Under the pieces are notes generated by a model that searched no databases, was not told the origin of the DNA, and saw only the letters and a list, made by a program, of their open reading frames with translations. 64,000 nucleotides of DNA, from contig CBDDDZ010000005.1 of NCBI GenBank assembly GCA_965226795.1, forward strand, positions 1,120,001 through 1,184,000, read 5' to 3'. This document shows positions 28,730 to 38,994 of this stretch, piece after piece. The DNA is from Candidatus Latescibacterota bacterium. Lineage in GTDB: Bacteria; Latescibacterota; UBA2968; GCA-2709665. The position numbers and the translations under genes were made by a program. Positions within the stretch are counted from its first letter, which is position 1, and the number at the start of each line of letters is the position of its first letter.

Positions 28730-29485
28730 ATGGAATTTCTGTTGGGATGCCTTGTGTTTGTTACGGTTTTATTGGCGGTGGATTCGGCGCATGCCGCAGG
28801 TCGTCCGAGCTATATGATTTATCGGGCCGGAACGCCCATAACGGTTGACGGGCGGCTGGACGAACCGGCTTGGGTGGCTGCGCCCGACGTGGGGGCGTTC
28901 GTCTTCCCCTGGTACACCGAAGGCAAACCGGAGCAGACGGTGGCGAAGATGCTCTGGGACGATACCCATCTCTACGTTTCATATATTTGCGAAGACGCCC
29001 ATATCTGGGCAGATCACACCGAGCGCAACAGCGCGGTATGCGATGACGACTGCGTGGAAGTGTTTACCGCGCCGAATCCGGAAATGCCGCACGTTTATTT
29101 CAATGTCGAGATGAATGTACTGAGCATTTTTCTTGACCGGTTCAATCCGAAGGGGGCGGGTGAGGTCGTGGACACGGGGTGGCGGGCGAAAGGTCTTCAG
29201 GTTTCAACGTTTATCGCGGGCACGTTGAATGACGACGAGGATACCGATTCATACTGGGTCCTGGAGGCCGCCATACCGTTCGAGAATTTCGCCGGCGTCG
29301 CGAAAAACACACCGCCTGCGCCGGGTGACGTCTGGCATCTGAACCTGAACCGGCTGGGCGGCAAGACCAACGCGCAGTTCAGCCAGTGGTCCGCGAGCCG
29401 GACGCCGGAGCCGCAGTTTCATGCGCCGGACGATTTTGGCCGGGTTACTTTCTCGGCCGTGGCGAGTCCATTCTGGAAGCGATAG
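28730..29485 (+). CDS. Carbohydrate-binding family 9-like secreted protein
   Basis: Signal peptide; ITVDGRLDEPAW, MLWDDTHLYV, DDCVEVF, WVLEAAIPF, WHLNLNR, FHAPDDFG. Confidence 0.85.
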   Translation: MEFLLGCLVFVTVLLAVDSAHAAGRPSYMIYRAGTPITVDGRLDEPAWVAAPDVGAFVFPWYTEGKPEQTVAKMLWDDTHLYVSYICEDAHIWADHTERNSAVCDDDCVEVFTAPNPEMPHVYFNVEMNVLSIFLDRFNPKGAGEVVDTGWRAKGLQVSTFIAGTLNDDEDTDSYWVLEAAIPFENFAGVAKNTPPAPGDVWHLNLNRLGGKTNAQFSQWSASRTPEPQFHAPDDFGRVTFSAVASPFWKR

Positions 29486-29615
29486 CGAATCCGCGGGAGG
29501 TCAGGTGACCGGCATGGCGCGGAGGCGGCATGGGAAAGGAGTACCTGATGCTACGAAAGCTTCCAGGCACCTATGGGAGAGACACTACGAAAATCGGTAT
29601 TGGTGGGGAGGATTT

Positions 29616-30659
29616 ATGGCTGAACTACACGACGCGGCACGCGTACATCGAGGCGCGCTGGTAATCGATTCACACAACGATGCGATCGTCAATCATATTC
29701 GCCGGGGAAATCTGGGATTTTCCGGTAGCCCCCCACCCGACTGCGACCGCCGGAACGGGACCGTCGCCCAGTTAAGAGGGCTGCTGGACCGGCAGGCCCT
29801 GGAATCCGGGGTACAGATTGATTTTCTCAAGATGCGCGAGGGGGGCCTGGACGCCGCGTTTTTTGCGGTGGACGTGACCCTTGCCTCGAAGAACCATCTG
29901 ACCTACGCGCTGGATGCCCTGGGGTTTTTCGACTCTGAATTGGAAGTGCAAAAGGGCGACGTGGTGTTGGCGAGATCCGCCGGCGACATTTTGCGCGCAA
30001 AACGTGACGGCAGGCTTGCGGTCGTGCTGGCGTTGGAGAACAGCGACGGGGTGGAGGGCAGCGTGAATGTACTTCGCATGCTGCACCGGGTGGGCGTGCG
30101 GTCGATCGGATTGACGCACGATGTCAGCAGTCTGGCCGCGGGCGGAAACGCGGAGGCGCGCAGCCGCGGCGGATTGACCCGTTTCGGCGTGCGGCTTGTA
30201 GAGGAGATGAACAACCTGGGAATGCTGGTGGACGTTTCGCATATCAGCGAAACAGGATTCTGGGACGTGATGGACGTTTCACAAAAGCCCGTGATCGCTT
30301 CGCACAGCAACTGCAAGTCGGTGTGCGACCATCCAAGAAACCTGAGCAACGAACAGATCAGAGCGCTTGCGAAGAATGGCGGGTCGATGGGTGTGACGTT
30401 TGTGCCCCGTTTCGTCGATACGACAGAACCCACATTCATGCGTCTTCTCGACCATGTGGATCACGTCGTGCAGCTTGCAGGCGTGGACCACGTGGGAATC
30501 GGATCGGATTTCGACGGCGGGGGCACCCTGTTGGACGACGCGACCGCATTTCCTCGAATTACCGAGGGACTGCTGGCGCGGGGATATTTGGAGGGCGACG
30601 TCGACAAGATTCTCGGCGAGAACCACCTCAGGGTGCTGAGGGAAGCGATAGGACGCTGA
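29616..30659 (+). CDS. Membrane (renal-type, M19) dipeptidase
   Basis: IDSHND, LALEN, VDVSH, ASHSN, HPRNL, GIGSDFDG; GGAGG RBS before ATG 29616. Confidence 0.93.
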   Translation: MAELHDAARVHRGALVIDSHNDAIVNHIRRGNLGFSGSPPPDCDRRNGTVAQLRGLLDRQALESGVQIDFLKMREGGLDAAFFAVDVTLASKNHLTYALDALGFFDSELEVQKGDVVLARSAGDILRAKRDGRLAVVLALENSDGVEGSVNVLRMLHRVGVRSIGLTHDVSSLAAGGNAEARSRGGLTRFGVRLVEEMNNLGMLVDVSHISETGFWDVMDVSQKPVIASHSNCKSVCDHPRNLSNEQIRALAKNGGSMGVTFVPRFVDTTEPTFMRLLDHVDHVVQLAGVDHVGIGSDFDGGGTLLDDATAFPRITEGLLARGYLEGDVDKILGENHLRVLREAIGR

Positions 30660-30769
30660 AGGCAGCCCACGCGGGATGGTATCAGATCGGGCCGGCTGCG
30701 TCCGGGGGGTTCCGCACGGCTGTCCCGTGCGGCGATGAGAAACTCCGGACGTGTCCCGCCGACGTGCCT

Positions 30770-31639
30770 CTATGCGATGGACGGTACTTCGATTTTCTTT
30801 TTCTGGTCGATGGATTTCTCCATTGCTTCCAGTACGGCAACCGGCTTCAGCATCGACTCGCGCGTTTCGTCGGTGATGCCGGTTTTAAACATGTTGCAGA
30901 AGGCTTCTGCGCCGCCCAGATAAGGATTGTCGTCATAGCTGATGACGCGGTCGACGCGTCCTTTTTCGCAGATCACAGACACGTGGAATGCGGAGTGGCC
31001 TTCGGTGAAGAGATTGAGCGTGGAGATGGCACCGCTCGCGGAGTAAAGCGTGCCGGTATGATTCTTTTTTCCCCGGTTGACCTCCACGTGGGTAATGTCG
31101 CTGTCAAGCAGCCGCACAGCCATGTCGACTTGGTGGATGCCATAGAAGAAGACGCCGCCCCAACTGGATTTGATATCGCACGGACCGGTCGTAACCACGG
31201 AGACGATCCGACCCAACTCACCGATGTCTTTTTTCAGTTGGCTGAAGGACTTCTGTTTGGGTAGCACCGAGAAGGAGCAGACAGGGACCCCGAGTTCCGC
31301 CGCGCGGTCCAGGAAACGCCTGCCCTCCGAGACGCGATAACAGAACGGTTTGTCCACAAATACCGGGATTCCGGCTTCTATCAGCGGCCAGACTGCCGGC
31401 AGGTGGTATTTCGCGTCGCGATGGTCCACGCACGCGGCGTCGACCTGACCGATCATATCTTCGGGGTTCCTGACAATATTTGGGATCTGTCCACGATCCT
31501 GAGCGTCTCTGGCGTACCGGTCGGCTTCGCCCCATACATGGGTGACGCGGCAGCCCGGTATTTTTTTGTCGATGTTCAACGTTTTCGAAATGGCGATGGT
31601 GTGGCTGTTCTCCGCGCCGACAATTCCGATGTTGAGCAT
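30770..31639 (-). CDS. Gfo/Idh/MocA family oxidoreductase
   Basis: IGIVGAENSH, VFVDKP, FFYGIH. Confidence 0.85.
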   Translation of the reverse strand: MLNIGIVGAENSHTIAISKTLNIDKKIPGCRVTHVWGEADRYARDAQDRGQIPNIVRNPEDMIGQVDAACVDHRDAKYHLPAVWPLIEAGIPVFVDKPFCYRVSEGRRFLDRAAELGVPVCSFSVLPKQKSFSQLKKDIGELGRIVSVVTTGPCDIKSSWGGVFFYGIHQVDMAVRLLDSDITHVEVNRGKKNHTGTLYSASGAISTLNLFTEGHSAFHVSVICEKGRVDRVISYDDNPYLGGAEAFCNMFKTGITDETRESMLKPVAVLEAMEKSIDQKKKIEVPSIA

Positions 31640-31708
31640 ACATGTCCTCCTGGGTTGGAATTGAGCTTGCGGCCGTGCGAAGACCGCTGGGGGTTTTAAG
31701 GCAGCTTC

Positions 31709-32908
31709 TCAGGGCCTGGCGGGTGAGCCATCCGGCAGGCGGGCCTGCGTCCAGCCGACAATCTCATCCTGACAGGGGTGCTTCGAGGCGAGGTCCTCGT
31801 CAATGTCGATTCCGAGGCCGGGCCGGTCGTTGGGATACATGTAACCGCCTCTAACTTCAGGCGTGCCCGGAAAGATCTCGTAGACGAGATCGTTGAAACG
31901 GCACCACTCCTGGATTCCGAAGTTGGGCGCCCAGAGATCCAGGTGCAGGTTGGCGGCGTGGCCGACGGGCGAAACGTCGCCGGGACCGTGCCAGGCGGTG
32001 CGAATGCCGTACATGCCGGCAAATATCGCCACGTTGCGGGCGGGGGTAAGGCCCCCCATCTGGCTAATGTGCATTCGGATAAAGTCAATCAGCCGGTCCT
32101 GGATGAGTGGGGTCCACTCTCGCGGGTGGTTGAAGAGTTCCCCCATGGCGATGGGCGTGGCGCATTGACGCCGGATGTTTCGGAACCATTCCAGATCCTC
32201 CGGGGCGAGCGGATCCTCCAGGAAAAACAGCTTGAAGGGTTCCGCATTCTTCGCGAACTGGACCGCGTCGATGGGGACCAGGCGTTCGTGGATGTCGTGG
32301 AGGAGTTCGACGTGCGGGGCGGCGTTTGCGCGGACATGCCCGATCATATCGAGGATCCCGCGGGCGTATTCCCGCGGATCATAATACGCGCCCTCCGGCG
32401 CACCTTCCGGTTTGCGCAAGCGGGATGTCCTGCCGCCGTACCCGCCCATCTGCACACGAATGTGCTGGTAGCCCTGTTCGTGGAATTTCAGGACGTTGTC
32501 GAGGACTTCGTTCTTGTCTCGACCGTCGGCGTGCGCGTAACAGGCTGCGGCTTCGCGACATCTGCCGCCCAGGAGCTGATAGACGGGCATGCCCGCGCGC
32601 TTGCCCTTGATGTCCCACAGAGCGATATCGACGCCGGAAATCGCGTTGTTGAGTACGGGGCCGTTGCGCCAGTATCCGTTGACCATACACATCTGCCAGA
32701 CGTCTTCAATGCGGTCGACGTCACGTCCGATGAGAAAGGGTTTGATGTGTTTTTCAAGAGCGGTGCGGACGGCGTGGAAACGCTGGGTGAACGTGGCACA
32801 GCCGAGGCCGTAGAGGCCGGGTTCGGAAGTGATCACTTTTACCACGATGAGGCGTGATCCGGCCGGCTGGGTGAGGATGGTTCTGACGTCGCGGATGGTG
32901 ACGGGCAC
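31709..32908 (-). CDS. rspA: Enolase-superfamily sugar acid dehydratase (RspA/ManD family)
   Basis: GLGCATFTQR, YWRNGPVLNNAISGVDIALWDIKGK, LHDIHERL, EDP, MGELF, AWHGPGDVSPVG, NFGIQE. Confidence 0.9.
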   Translation of the reverse strand: MPVTIRDVRTILTQPAGSRLIVVKVITSEPGLYGLGCATFTQRFHAVRTALEKHIKPFLIGRDVDRIEDVWQMCMVNGYWRNGPVLNNAISGVDIALWDIKGKRAGMPVYQLLGGRCREAAACYAHADGRDKNEVLDNVLKFHEQGYQHIRVQMGGYGGRTSRLRKPEGAPEGAYYDPREYARGILDMIGHVRANAAPHVELLHDIHERLVPIDAVQFAKNAEPFKLFFLEDPLAPEDLEWFRNIRRQCATPIAMGELFNHPREWTPLIQDRLIDFIRMHISQMGGLTPARNVAIFAGMYGIRTAWHGPGDVSPVGHAANLHLDLWAPNFGIQEWCRFNDLVYEIFPGTPEVRGGYMYPNDRPGLGIDIDEDLASKHPCQDEIVGWTQARLPDGSPARP

Positions 32909-33070
32909 GGACGACTCTCCGGCAATGACTATCGATACAACCGTTACCTCGGTCCCTGGCTTTCTTTAATAAGGCCTGTGCGGTGGAAATGTCCACGGAT
33001 ATTTTCAGGGGCGGCCAGGGGACCGGGTAGTCCGCATACCGCCCACATGCGAGTCGGCCCGTGTCGTGGT

Positions 33071-34375
33071 CTACAGCCGCCCTTCTTTCTGAAGAATGTC
33101 TCCGGCGATGGCGTAGGTTGTGCCGTGCATACCGATCACCACGAGGCCGATACCCTCGGCCAGGTAACCGCCCGGATACAGGTTTGGTACGGCTGTGCAT
33201 TCATAGTTGTGGGGATATATGGGCAATTGATGAACCTGGAAGCGATAATTGTCATATTTGTCGACCACAGGGAGCGAGGGAAAACCCTCGAAGAGGGTGT
33301 AATCCGCGATGCCGCCGATTTCAAGGATGGCGTGGTCGATTTCCAGCGTTTCGCGGTTGCCATTGCGACAAAGGGTGGCAATACCGCCCGAAACGCCCTG
33401 CTCGAAACCGAGGATCCGGGTTTCATAGCGGGCATTCAGAAGGTCGGATCGGCTTGCCATGATATCGGCGATGCGCGCGTAGTAGGGAAGGCCGAAGCGG
33501 CTGTCTGAAATGAGGCGCCAGTGCTGATCGAAGGGCTGGCGCATGACGTAGTGGATCTGTTTGCCGGCGTCGTGCAGCTCGGTAGCCGCCCAATCAGCGG
33601 ACCGGCCTCCTCCCACGACAAGGATGCGATCGCCGGGATAGTTTTCTGGTTGATCGTAGCCTGCAGTTACAAACGGGAGTTCTTCGCCCGGAACGTTGAG
33701 TTTTCGCAGAATGGAACGCTGCCCCACCGCGTATACGAGGTACTTGCAGGTGTAACGACGGGTGATTTCCGTGCTGACGTCACAGGATGTGAGCAGAAAA
33801 CCCCCTTCGTGAGGCTGGATGCGCGTAACTCTTTCGTGTGTGCGTATGTGGTCGGCGACTTCGAAGCGGCCCGGGACGGCGTGGTAATAGTCGATGAGGT
33901 GATGTTTGGCGATCAGGGCGTTGACGTCGAGATCGATGTGTTGTTCGCGGCAATGCCGGTCGAGCGGATGAAAGGCGAATTCCATCCATTGCCCCGGAGA
34001 AAGCGTAAGCATGTTTTTCGGTACATTATTCCACACGCCGCCGACCTCTTCCTGGGTGATAAGCAACACGTCGACGGGTTGGTGTTTGCGGAATTCCAGG
34101 GCGATTTCATCCTGGCCGCGGAACTTCTGTCCCGGGTGGTGCAAGAGGCGAAACAGGTCCACGGGACGGATGCCGGCATTCACGACGGCTCGGAAATCGA
34201 GGCCGAGCAGCGTGCCGTTCTCGCTCCGAAGGTAGCTGTCGACCTGACCGTATCGATTCCGGAAAAGGGCGCCACCGCGATAATACGGATACCATCCGCC
34301 GAGCACGACGGCCAATGGCAGCCCCGCCGGGCCCCCGCCCACGATGATGACGGTATGGTGTTCGGGTGTGGCCAT
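33071..34375 (-). CDS. FAD/NAD(P)-dependent oxidoreductase, OSGIN-like flavoprotein
   Basis: Two Rossmann motifs IIVGGGPAG and LVVGGGRSAADW; GGVW, TLSPGQWM, VPNLYPGG; ATG 34375 with GGAGG upstream. Confidence 0.85.
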   Translation of the reverse strand: MATPEHHTVIIVGGGPAGLPLAVVLGGWYPYYRGGALFRNRYGQVDSYLRSENGTLLGLDFRAVVNAGIRPVDLFRLLHHPGQKFRGQDEIALEFRKHQPVDVLLITQEEVGGVWNNVPKNMLTLSPGQWMEFAFHPLDRHCREQHIDLDVNALIAKHHLIDYYHAVPGRFEVADHIRTHERVTRIQPHEGGFLLTSCDVSTEITRRYTCKYLVYAVGQRSILRKLNVPGEELPFVTAGYDQPENYPGDRILVVGGGRSADWAATELHDAGKQIHYVMRQPFDQHWRLISDSRFGLPYYARIADIMASRSDLLNARYETRILGFEQGVSGGIATLCRNGNRETLEIDHAILEIGGIADYTLFEGFPSLPVVDKYDNYRFQVHQLPIYPHNYECTAVPNLYPGGYLAEGIGLVVIGMHGTTYAIAGDILQKEGRL

Positions 34376-34650
34376 GATATTTCCGGGGGACCTCCCGTGG
34401 CCCAACTGGCGCAGTGAGATTTGATTGGCGCACACGCACTTGAGGCGAACGGGCGATCCCTGGCGGTACGTATTTCCCGGGGAAGCGGTCGATCCGCTGC
34501 GTTGGTGGGCCGGGCGTGAACCTGGGGGGTTGACCTTGACTTCAGCAGTTGAATGCCGTATGATGATGCTTCCTGATATCGAGGATGCAAAGTAGATATG
34601 AGGCGCAGGGGAGTCAAGCCAAATATCGTCGTTTTGAACGGGAGAATCCG

Positions 34651-36018
34651 ATGGAGGACATACACCAACTGGATGTCGGGGAGATCCGGGCCCAGGACCG
34701 CGCGCACGTGTGGCATCCGATGATACAGCACCGGTCCCTGGAGCGCCGGGATCTGATGGTGGTCCACAAAGGGAAGGGAACAAGAGTGGTGGATGCCGAG
34801 GGTCGGGAGTATCTGGATGCGTACGCGGGACTCTGGAACGTCAACGTGGGATACGGCCGCCAGGAGATTGCGACGGCCGTGTACGAGCAGATGTTGCAGC
34901 TTTCGTACTATCCCCATCTCCAGGTTAATCTGCCCGCCGCAGAACTGGCATCCAGACTGGCTGAATTGTTGCCCGGGGATCTGAACCATCTATTCTTCTC
35001 CAACAGCGGCTCGGAGGCGAACGAGACGGCGTTGAAGATTGCGCGTCAATACGGTCGACAGAAATTTCCTGGCCAGAACCGTTACAAGGTGATCGCGCGA
35101 TACCAGGGTTACCACGGGTTTACATTTGGCGCCATGTCCGCGACGGGACAGGTTTCCAGGCGGGCCAAGTTCGAGCCCCTGGTGCCGGGTTTCTTCCACG
35201 TGGACCCTCCCTACTGTTACCGCTGCCCGCTGAAACTGACCTATCCCGACTGTGGCGTGGCGTGCGTGGACGAGGTCGAAGAGGTCATTGTCCGGGAGGA
35301 TCCGACAACGGTTGTCGCCGTCATTGCAGAACCGATTATCGGCGGCGGCGGCGTGATCATCCCGCCGGACGAGTACCTTCCTCGCCTGCGTGAGATCTGC
35401 GACCGGTATGGCGTGCTGCTGATTCTCGACGAAGTGATCACGGGGTTCGGCCGTACCGGCAAGCTGTTTGCGTCGGAGCACTGGGATGTGGTTCCGGACG
35501 TGATGACCATGGCGAAAGGGGTGTCCAGCGGATATCTGCCCCTCGGGGCATGCGCGGTGACGTCGGAGGTGTTCGAATCTTTTATGGGCGAGCCCGACGA
35601 AGAGCGGGAATTCTCCTCGGTGGCCACCTATGGCGGGCATCCGGTTTGCTGCGCGGCGGCCCTGGCGAATCTGGACATTCTGACGGCCGAACGATTGTGG
35701 GAGAATTCGGCCGACGTTGGTGCGTACCTTCTGGGTAAATTGAAAGGGCTTGATTCTCCGTTGGTCGGCGATGTGCGGGGAAAGGGGCTGATGATCGCCG
35801 TGGAACTTACTGCGGAGAACGGCGCCATGCTGGACGCCGCACGGGTCACGGCGGTGCAGGAGGGTATTAAGGAAAACGGCGTGATTGTGGGGCGCATGAG
35901 CCACGTGATGGCCGGGCCGGAGAGCATTTTCTTCCTTGCGCCGCCCTTGATTCTGACGCGGAAGGAAGCGGATCAGATCGTGTCGGCGTTCGATATGGGG
36001 CTAAAGCGTATTTCCTGA
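34651..36018 (+). CDS. Class III aminotransferase (omega-amine transaminase type)
   Basis: GLWNVNVGYGR, SGSEANETALK, YHG, DEVITGFGRTG, MAKGVSSGYLP, TYGGHP. Confidence 0.95.
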   Translation: MEDIHQLDVGEIRAQDRAHVWHPMIQHRSLERRDLMVVHKGKGTRVVDAEGREYLDAYAGLWNVNVGYGRQEIATAVYEQMLQLSYYPHLQVNLPAAELASRLAELLPGDLNHLFFSNSGSEANETALKIARQYGRQKFPGQNRYKVIARYQGYHGFTFGAMSATGQVSRRAKFEPLVPGFFHVDPPYCYRCPLKLTYPDCGVACVDEVEEVIVREDPTTVVAVIAEPIIGGGGVIIPPDEYLPRLREICDRYGVLLILDEVITGFGRTGKLFASEHWDVVPDVMTMAKGVSSGYLPLGACAVTSEVFESFMGEPDEEREFSSVATYGGHPVCCAAALANLDILTAERLWENSADVGAYLLGKLKGLDSPLVGDVRGKGLMIAVELTAENGAMLDAARVTAVQEGIKENGVIVGRMSHVMAGPESIFFLAPPLILTRKEADQIVSAFDMGLKRIS

Positions 36019-36029
36019 CAGAGGACGTT

Positions 36030-37427
36030 GTGACGAACGGCTACGAAACATCCGAACCATCGGGCGGAAAGACAGCGTCGCGTATCGATGCATTGATGGA
36101 GGTGACAACTGAACTCCTTGCCCTGGAGGACCGGGCGGCGCTTGCCCGCGTGTTAAACAGGCAGCGAGCGGCCGACGTGGCGGATCTCATTAGAAGGTTG
36201 GACGACGGTACGCGTGAAATCGTGTTCGGGTTGCTGAAAGACGGTCTGGAGGTTGAGGTGCTGGCCGAGTCGGATGTGCCCACCACTCGCGCCATTGCGG
36301 ACGACCTGGAACCGGAGACCCTGTCCGAACTGGTCGAGGAAATGGCGCCGGATGATGCGGCCGACGTGTTGTCCGACCTGGAGGATGAGGATGAGGATGC
36401 GGAAAAGATTCTGGGTCTGATGGCGTCCGAGGAGGCTGAGGAAGTACAGGGGTTAATGGCTCACGACGAGGATACGGGGGAGCCCTGATGACCCCCCGGC
36501 TGGTCCTTGCCGACGTCTCGGCCACGGCGATCGAGGTGATCGAGACGTTGCGGCGTGACGCGACGTCGGCCGAAATCCTTAAACCTGTACGTGGTCGACG
36601 CCGAAGGAAGGCTGCAGGGCGCGGTGCCGCTCCATTTACTGGTTACCGCGCCTCCCGCTGCCGTGATGAGCGGATTGATGGATACGGATGTGATCAGCGT
36701 GACGCCCGAGACCGACCAGGAGGACATTGCAACGTTCTTTACGCGGTACGATCTTGTTGCGGCGCCCGTCGTGGATGGCAACGGACGGGTGATCGGTCAG
36801 ATTACCGTCGACGACGTGATGGATGTGATAGTGGAGGAGGCGACGGAAGACATCTACAAGATGGCGGGCACACGCGACGTCGAGATAGAACGACCGTCGG
36901 TCGTGCGCGTCGCGTTCATCAGACTGCCCTGGTTGCTGATGTGCCTGTTGGGAAGTTTCCTGGCCGGCTTGGTCATTCACCGGTTTGAAGTGACGCTCGA
37001 ACGGGCGATTACCCTGGCATCGTTCATTCCGGTAATTATGGCGACCGGCGGAAACAGTGGCCTGCAGGCGTCAACGGTAACCGTCCGGAGCCTGGTGACG
37101 GGCCACCTGTCTTCGGGTCTGATGCTCAGGATGGTGTTCCGGGAGGTTGGCGCGGGCGCCGTAATCGGGCTGGCGTGCGGGGTGGCCGCCAGTACGGTCG
37201 CCTGGCTGTGGTTCGGCCACGTGTTTGTTGGGGTCTGTGTTGGAATAGCGATGTTTCTGGTGATCGGTTTCGCCGTCTTTCTGGGTGTAATGACACCGAT
37301 TTTCTTCAATCGTGTCGGAATCGACCCGGCCGTCGCATCGGGTCCGTTCATAACAACCGCAAACGACGTGGCCGGCATCCTGATCTATCTGGGGCTGGCG
37401 ACGCTGCTCATGCAAACACGCTCCTAG
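36030..37427 (+). pseudogene. mgtE: Magnesium transporter MgtE interrupted by two single-base indels (may be sequencing error)
   Basis: MAPDDAADVL, CBS segment LYVVD...ITVDDVMD, RLPWL, GGNSGLQ, DPAVASGPFITTAND. The frame is restored by +G in the run at 36476-36480 and -A at 36581-36583. Confidence 0.9.
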
Positions 37428-37434
37428 ACCGCAT

Positions 37435-38994
37435 ATGCACGCCTGTTTCGGACATTATGTCGCCCTTCGGACGGAGATGGAAGCCTGGCTGGCGCAGAGC
37501 CGGAGCATGGACCCGCCGGGCCGGCACGGCGGGGGAGAGGATGAAGCAAACTACGCTCTGGCCTGGTTTCCGCACTTTCTGGCGACGGGCAGCCCGGCAG
37601 TGATGGAACATTTCGAGCATCTCCGTGATCAGCTTGCGGGTTGGGTCCAGCGGGAATGTCTTCACGGTTACGAGGCGGAGGCCGAGGCCCACCACGGCAC
37701 CGAACCGTTTCTGCTTTTCCTCCCGCGCTACCTGGGTCTGCTTCCGAAGGACCGGGTGGCAGCGGGGCTGCTCGCCGATGCGGCCGAACACATCGGGAAC
37801 TGGGTGAAGGGGATTCCGGGGTGGTTCGACTGGGATCGGAATCGGTTTTACGGATACCACATAGGTACACGGATTGTTGGCAGGGATCCGGAGCACGCTG
37901 TGGAACTGGCGGAGCATTTTCGGTTTATCCATATCGCCCTGGCGGCTTACCGGGTAATGAAACAAGATCGGTACCTGGATTGGGCGCTGCGATACGGCCG
38001 GCGTCGCGCGGAGATGATCGTGACGGCTCCGAAAGGGGATTTGCCGGTGATGTGGGGGCCGGACGGCCAGCCGCTCCGTGAATGCGGGTACACGGAATCG
38101 CAGCGTCGAATGAGCGGCGCCAGCCACCATTCTCAGGGCGATCCGGCGGCGGGTGTGGAGGTCCTTCTCGCCTCCGGCGCGGTCCAGGCGTTGGGCGACC
38201 TGTTCCGACTTTCAGGCGAACAGGTTTTTCGCGACGCGGCATTTCGGATCGTCGAGCCGCTTGTCGCCATGCTTCACGACCCGTATTGCGATCCCGGCGC
38301 GGCCGCCGTCTCCTATTACCGGGGCGTATTTGGCGACGATACACTGGATGGCCGCATTCGGGAGATGGTTGTGCGGATCCCGGAAGAGGAAGCCGGCGAA
38401 CTCGTGCTGATGGTGCCCGAGATTCCCAGGATGGTCTTTCCCGGCGTCGGAAAACGGGCGGATATGGTGCACTGGGGCGTGCTGGCAGACGGCATGGACC
38501 GGCTCGCGCCAACGCGCGAGCCATGCACGGCCACGTTGACGTTGGCCTACCAGATAACCGGTGATGTATCTTTCGCATCGCGGGCGTTGAGGCAGGCATC
38601 GAGGAAGTTAAGGCTGGCGCGACGCGTGTTGAGGGGAGGCCGGGAGCACGCGGACATGGGCGGGGCGGTCTGCTCCGTGGCGGCCGGCCACGGACGAAAC
38701 TGGGGTTCGGGCGCTGTGACCGGTTGCTACGGTCCGCTGTTACTGGGTGCCCGGGAGCGCCTGGGTGCGGTGAAGCCCGCGGTGGAATTTCGCCGGTCTG
38801 GCGGTGAGCCCGGTTTGCCGGAGCGTGTGGTTTCGCTGGCCGTCCCACCTGGCCCGGCGGCGGGAAGCGCTCGAATTTACAACGGTGGTGATTTGGAAGA
38901 GGCCGTTTCCTGGAGGCAGCCGGGAACGGCGTGGCATGAGGTCTCACTGCCGCCGGGAGGCGAGATAAAAGTGGTGCTGCAGGAGGATGCATGA
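37435..38994 (+). CDS. Hypothetical protein, possibly an (alpha/alpha)-toroid sugar-acting enzyme
   Basis: 519-aa ORF in operon context; helical segments such as YRVMKQDRYLDWAL and YQITGDVSF; start uncertain. Confidence 0.7.
   Translation: MHACFGHYVALRTEMEAWLAQSRSMDPPGRHGGGEDEANYALAWFPHFLATGSPAVMEHFEHLRDQLAGWVQRECLHGYEAEAEAHHGTEPFLLFLPRYLGLLPKDRVAAGLLADAAEHIGNWVKGIPGWFDWDRNRFYGYHIGTRIVGRDPEHAVELAEHFRFIHIALAAYRVMKQDRYLDWALRYGRRRAEMIVTAPKGDLPVMWGPDGQPLRECGYTESQRRMSGASHHSQGDPAAGVEVLLASGAVQALGDLFRLSGEQVFRDAAFRIVEPLVAMLHDPYCDPGAAAVSYYRGVFGDDTLDGRIREMVVRIPEEEAGELVLMVPEIPRMVFPGVGKRADMVHWGVLADGMDRLAPTREPCTATLTLAYQITGDVSFASRALRQASRKLRLARRVLRGGREHADMGGAVCSVAAGHGRNWGSGAVTGCYGPLLLGARERLGAVKPAVEFRRSGGEPGLPERVVSLAVPPGPAAGSARIYNGGDLEEAVSWRQPGTAWHEVSLPPGGEIKVVLQEDA

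Noticed and set aside
34376..34783. N-terminal extension of the flavoprotein ORF (570-aa call)
   Set aside because: It overlaps the divergent aminotransferase; the Rossmann motif starts right after ATG 34375.
36486..36491. In-frame TGA in mgtE as selenocysteine or readthrough
   Set aside because: The MgtE-like sequence continues in a different frame, so indels explain it rather than recoding.
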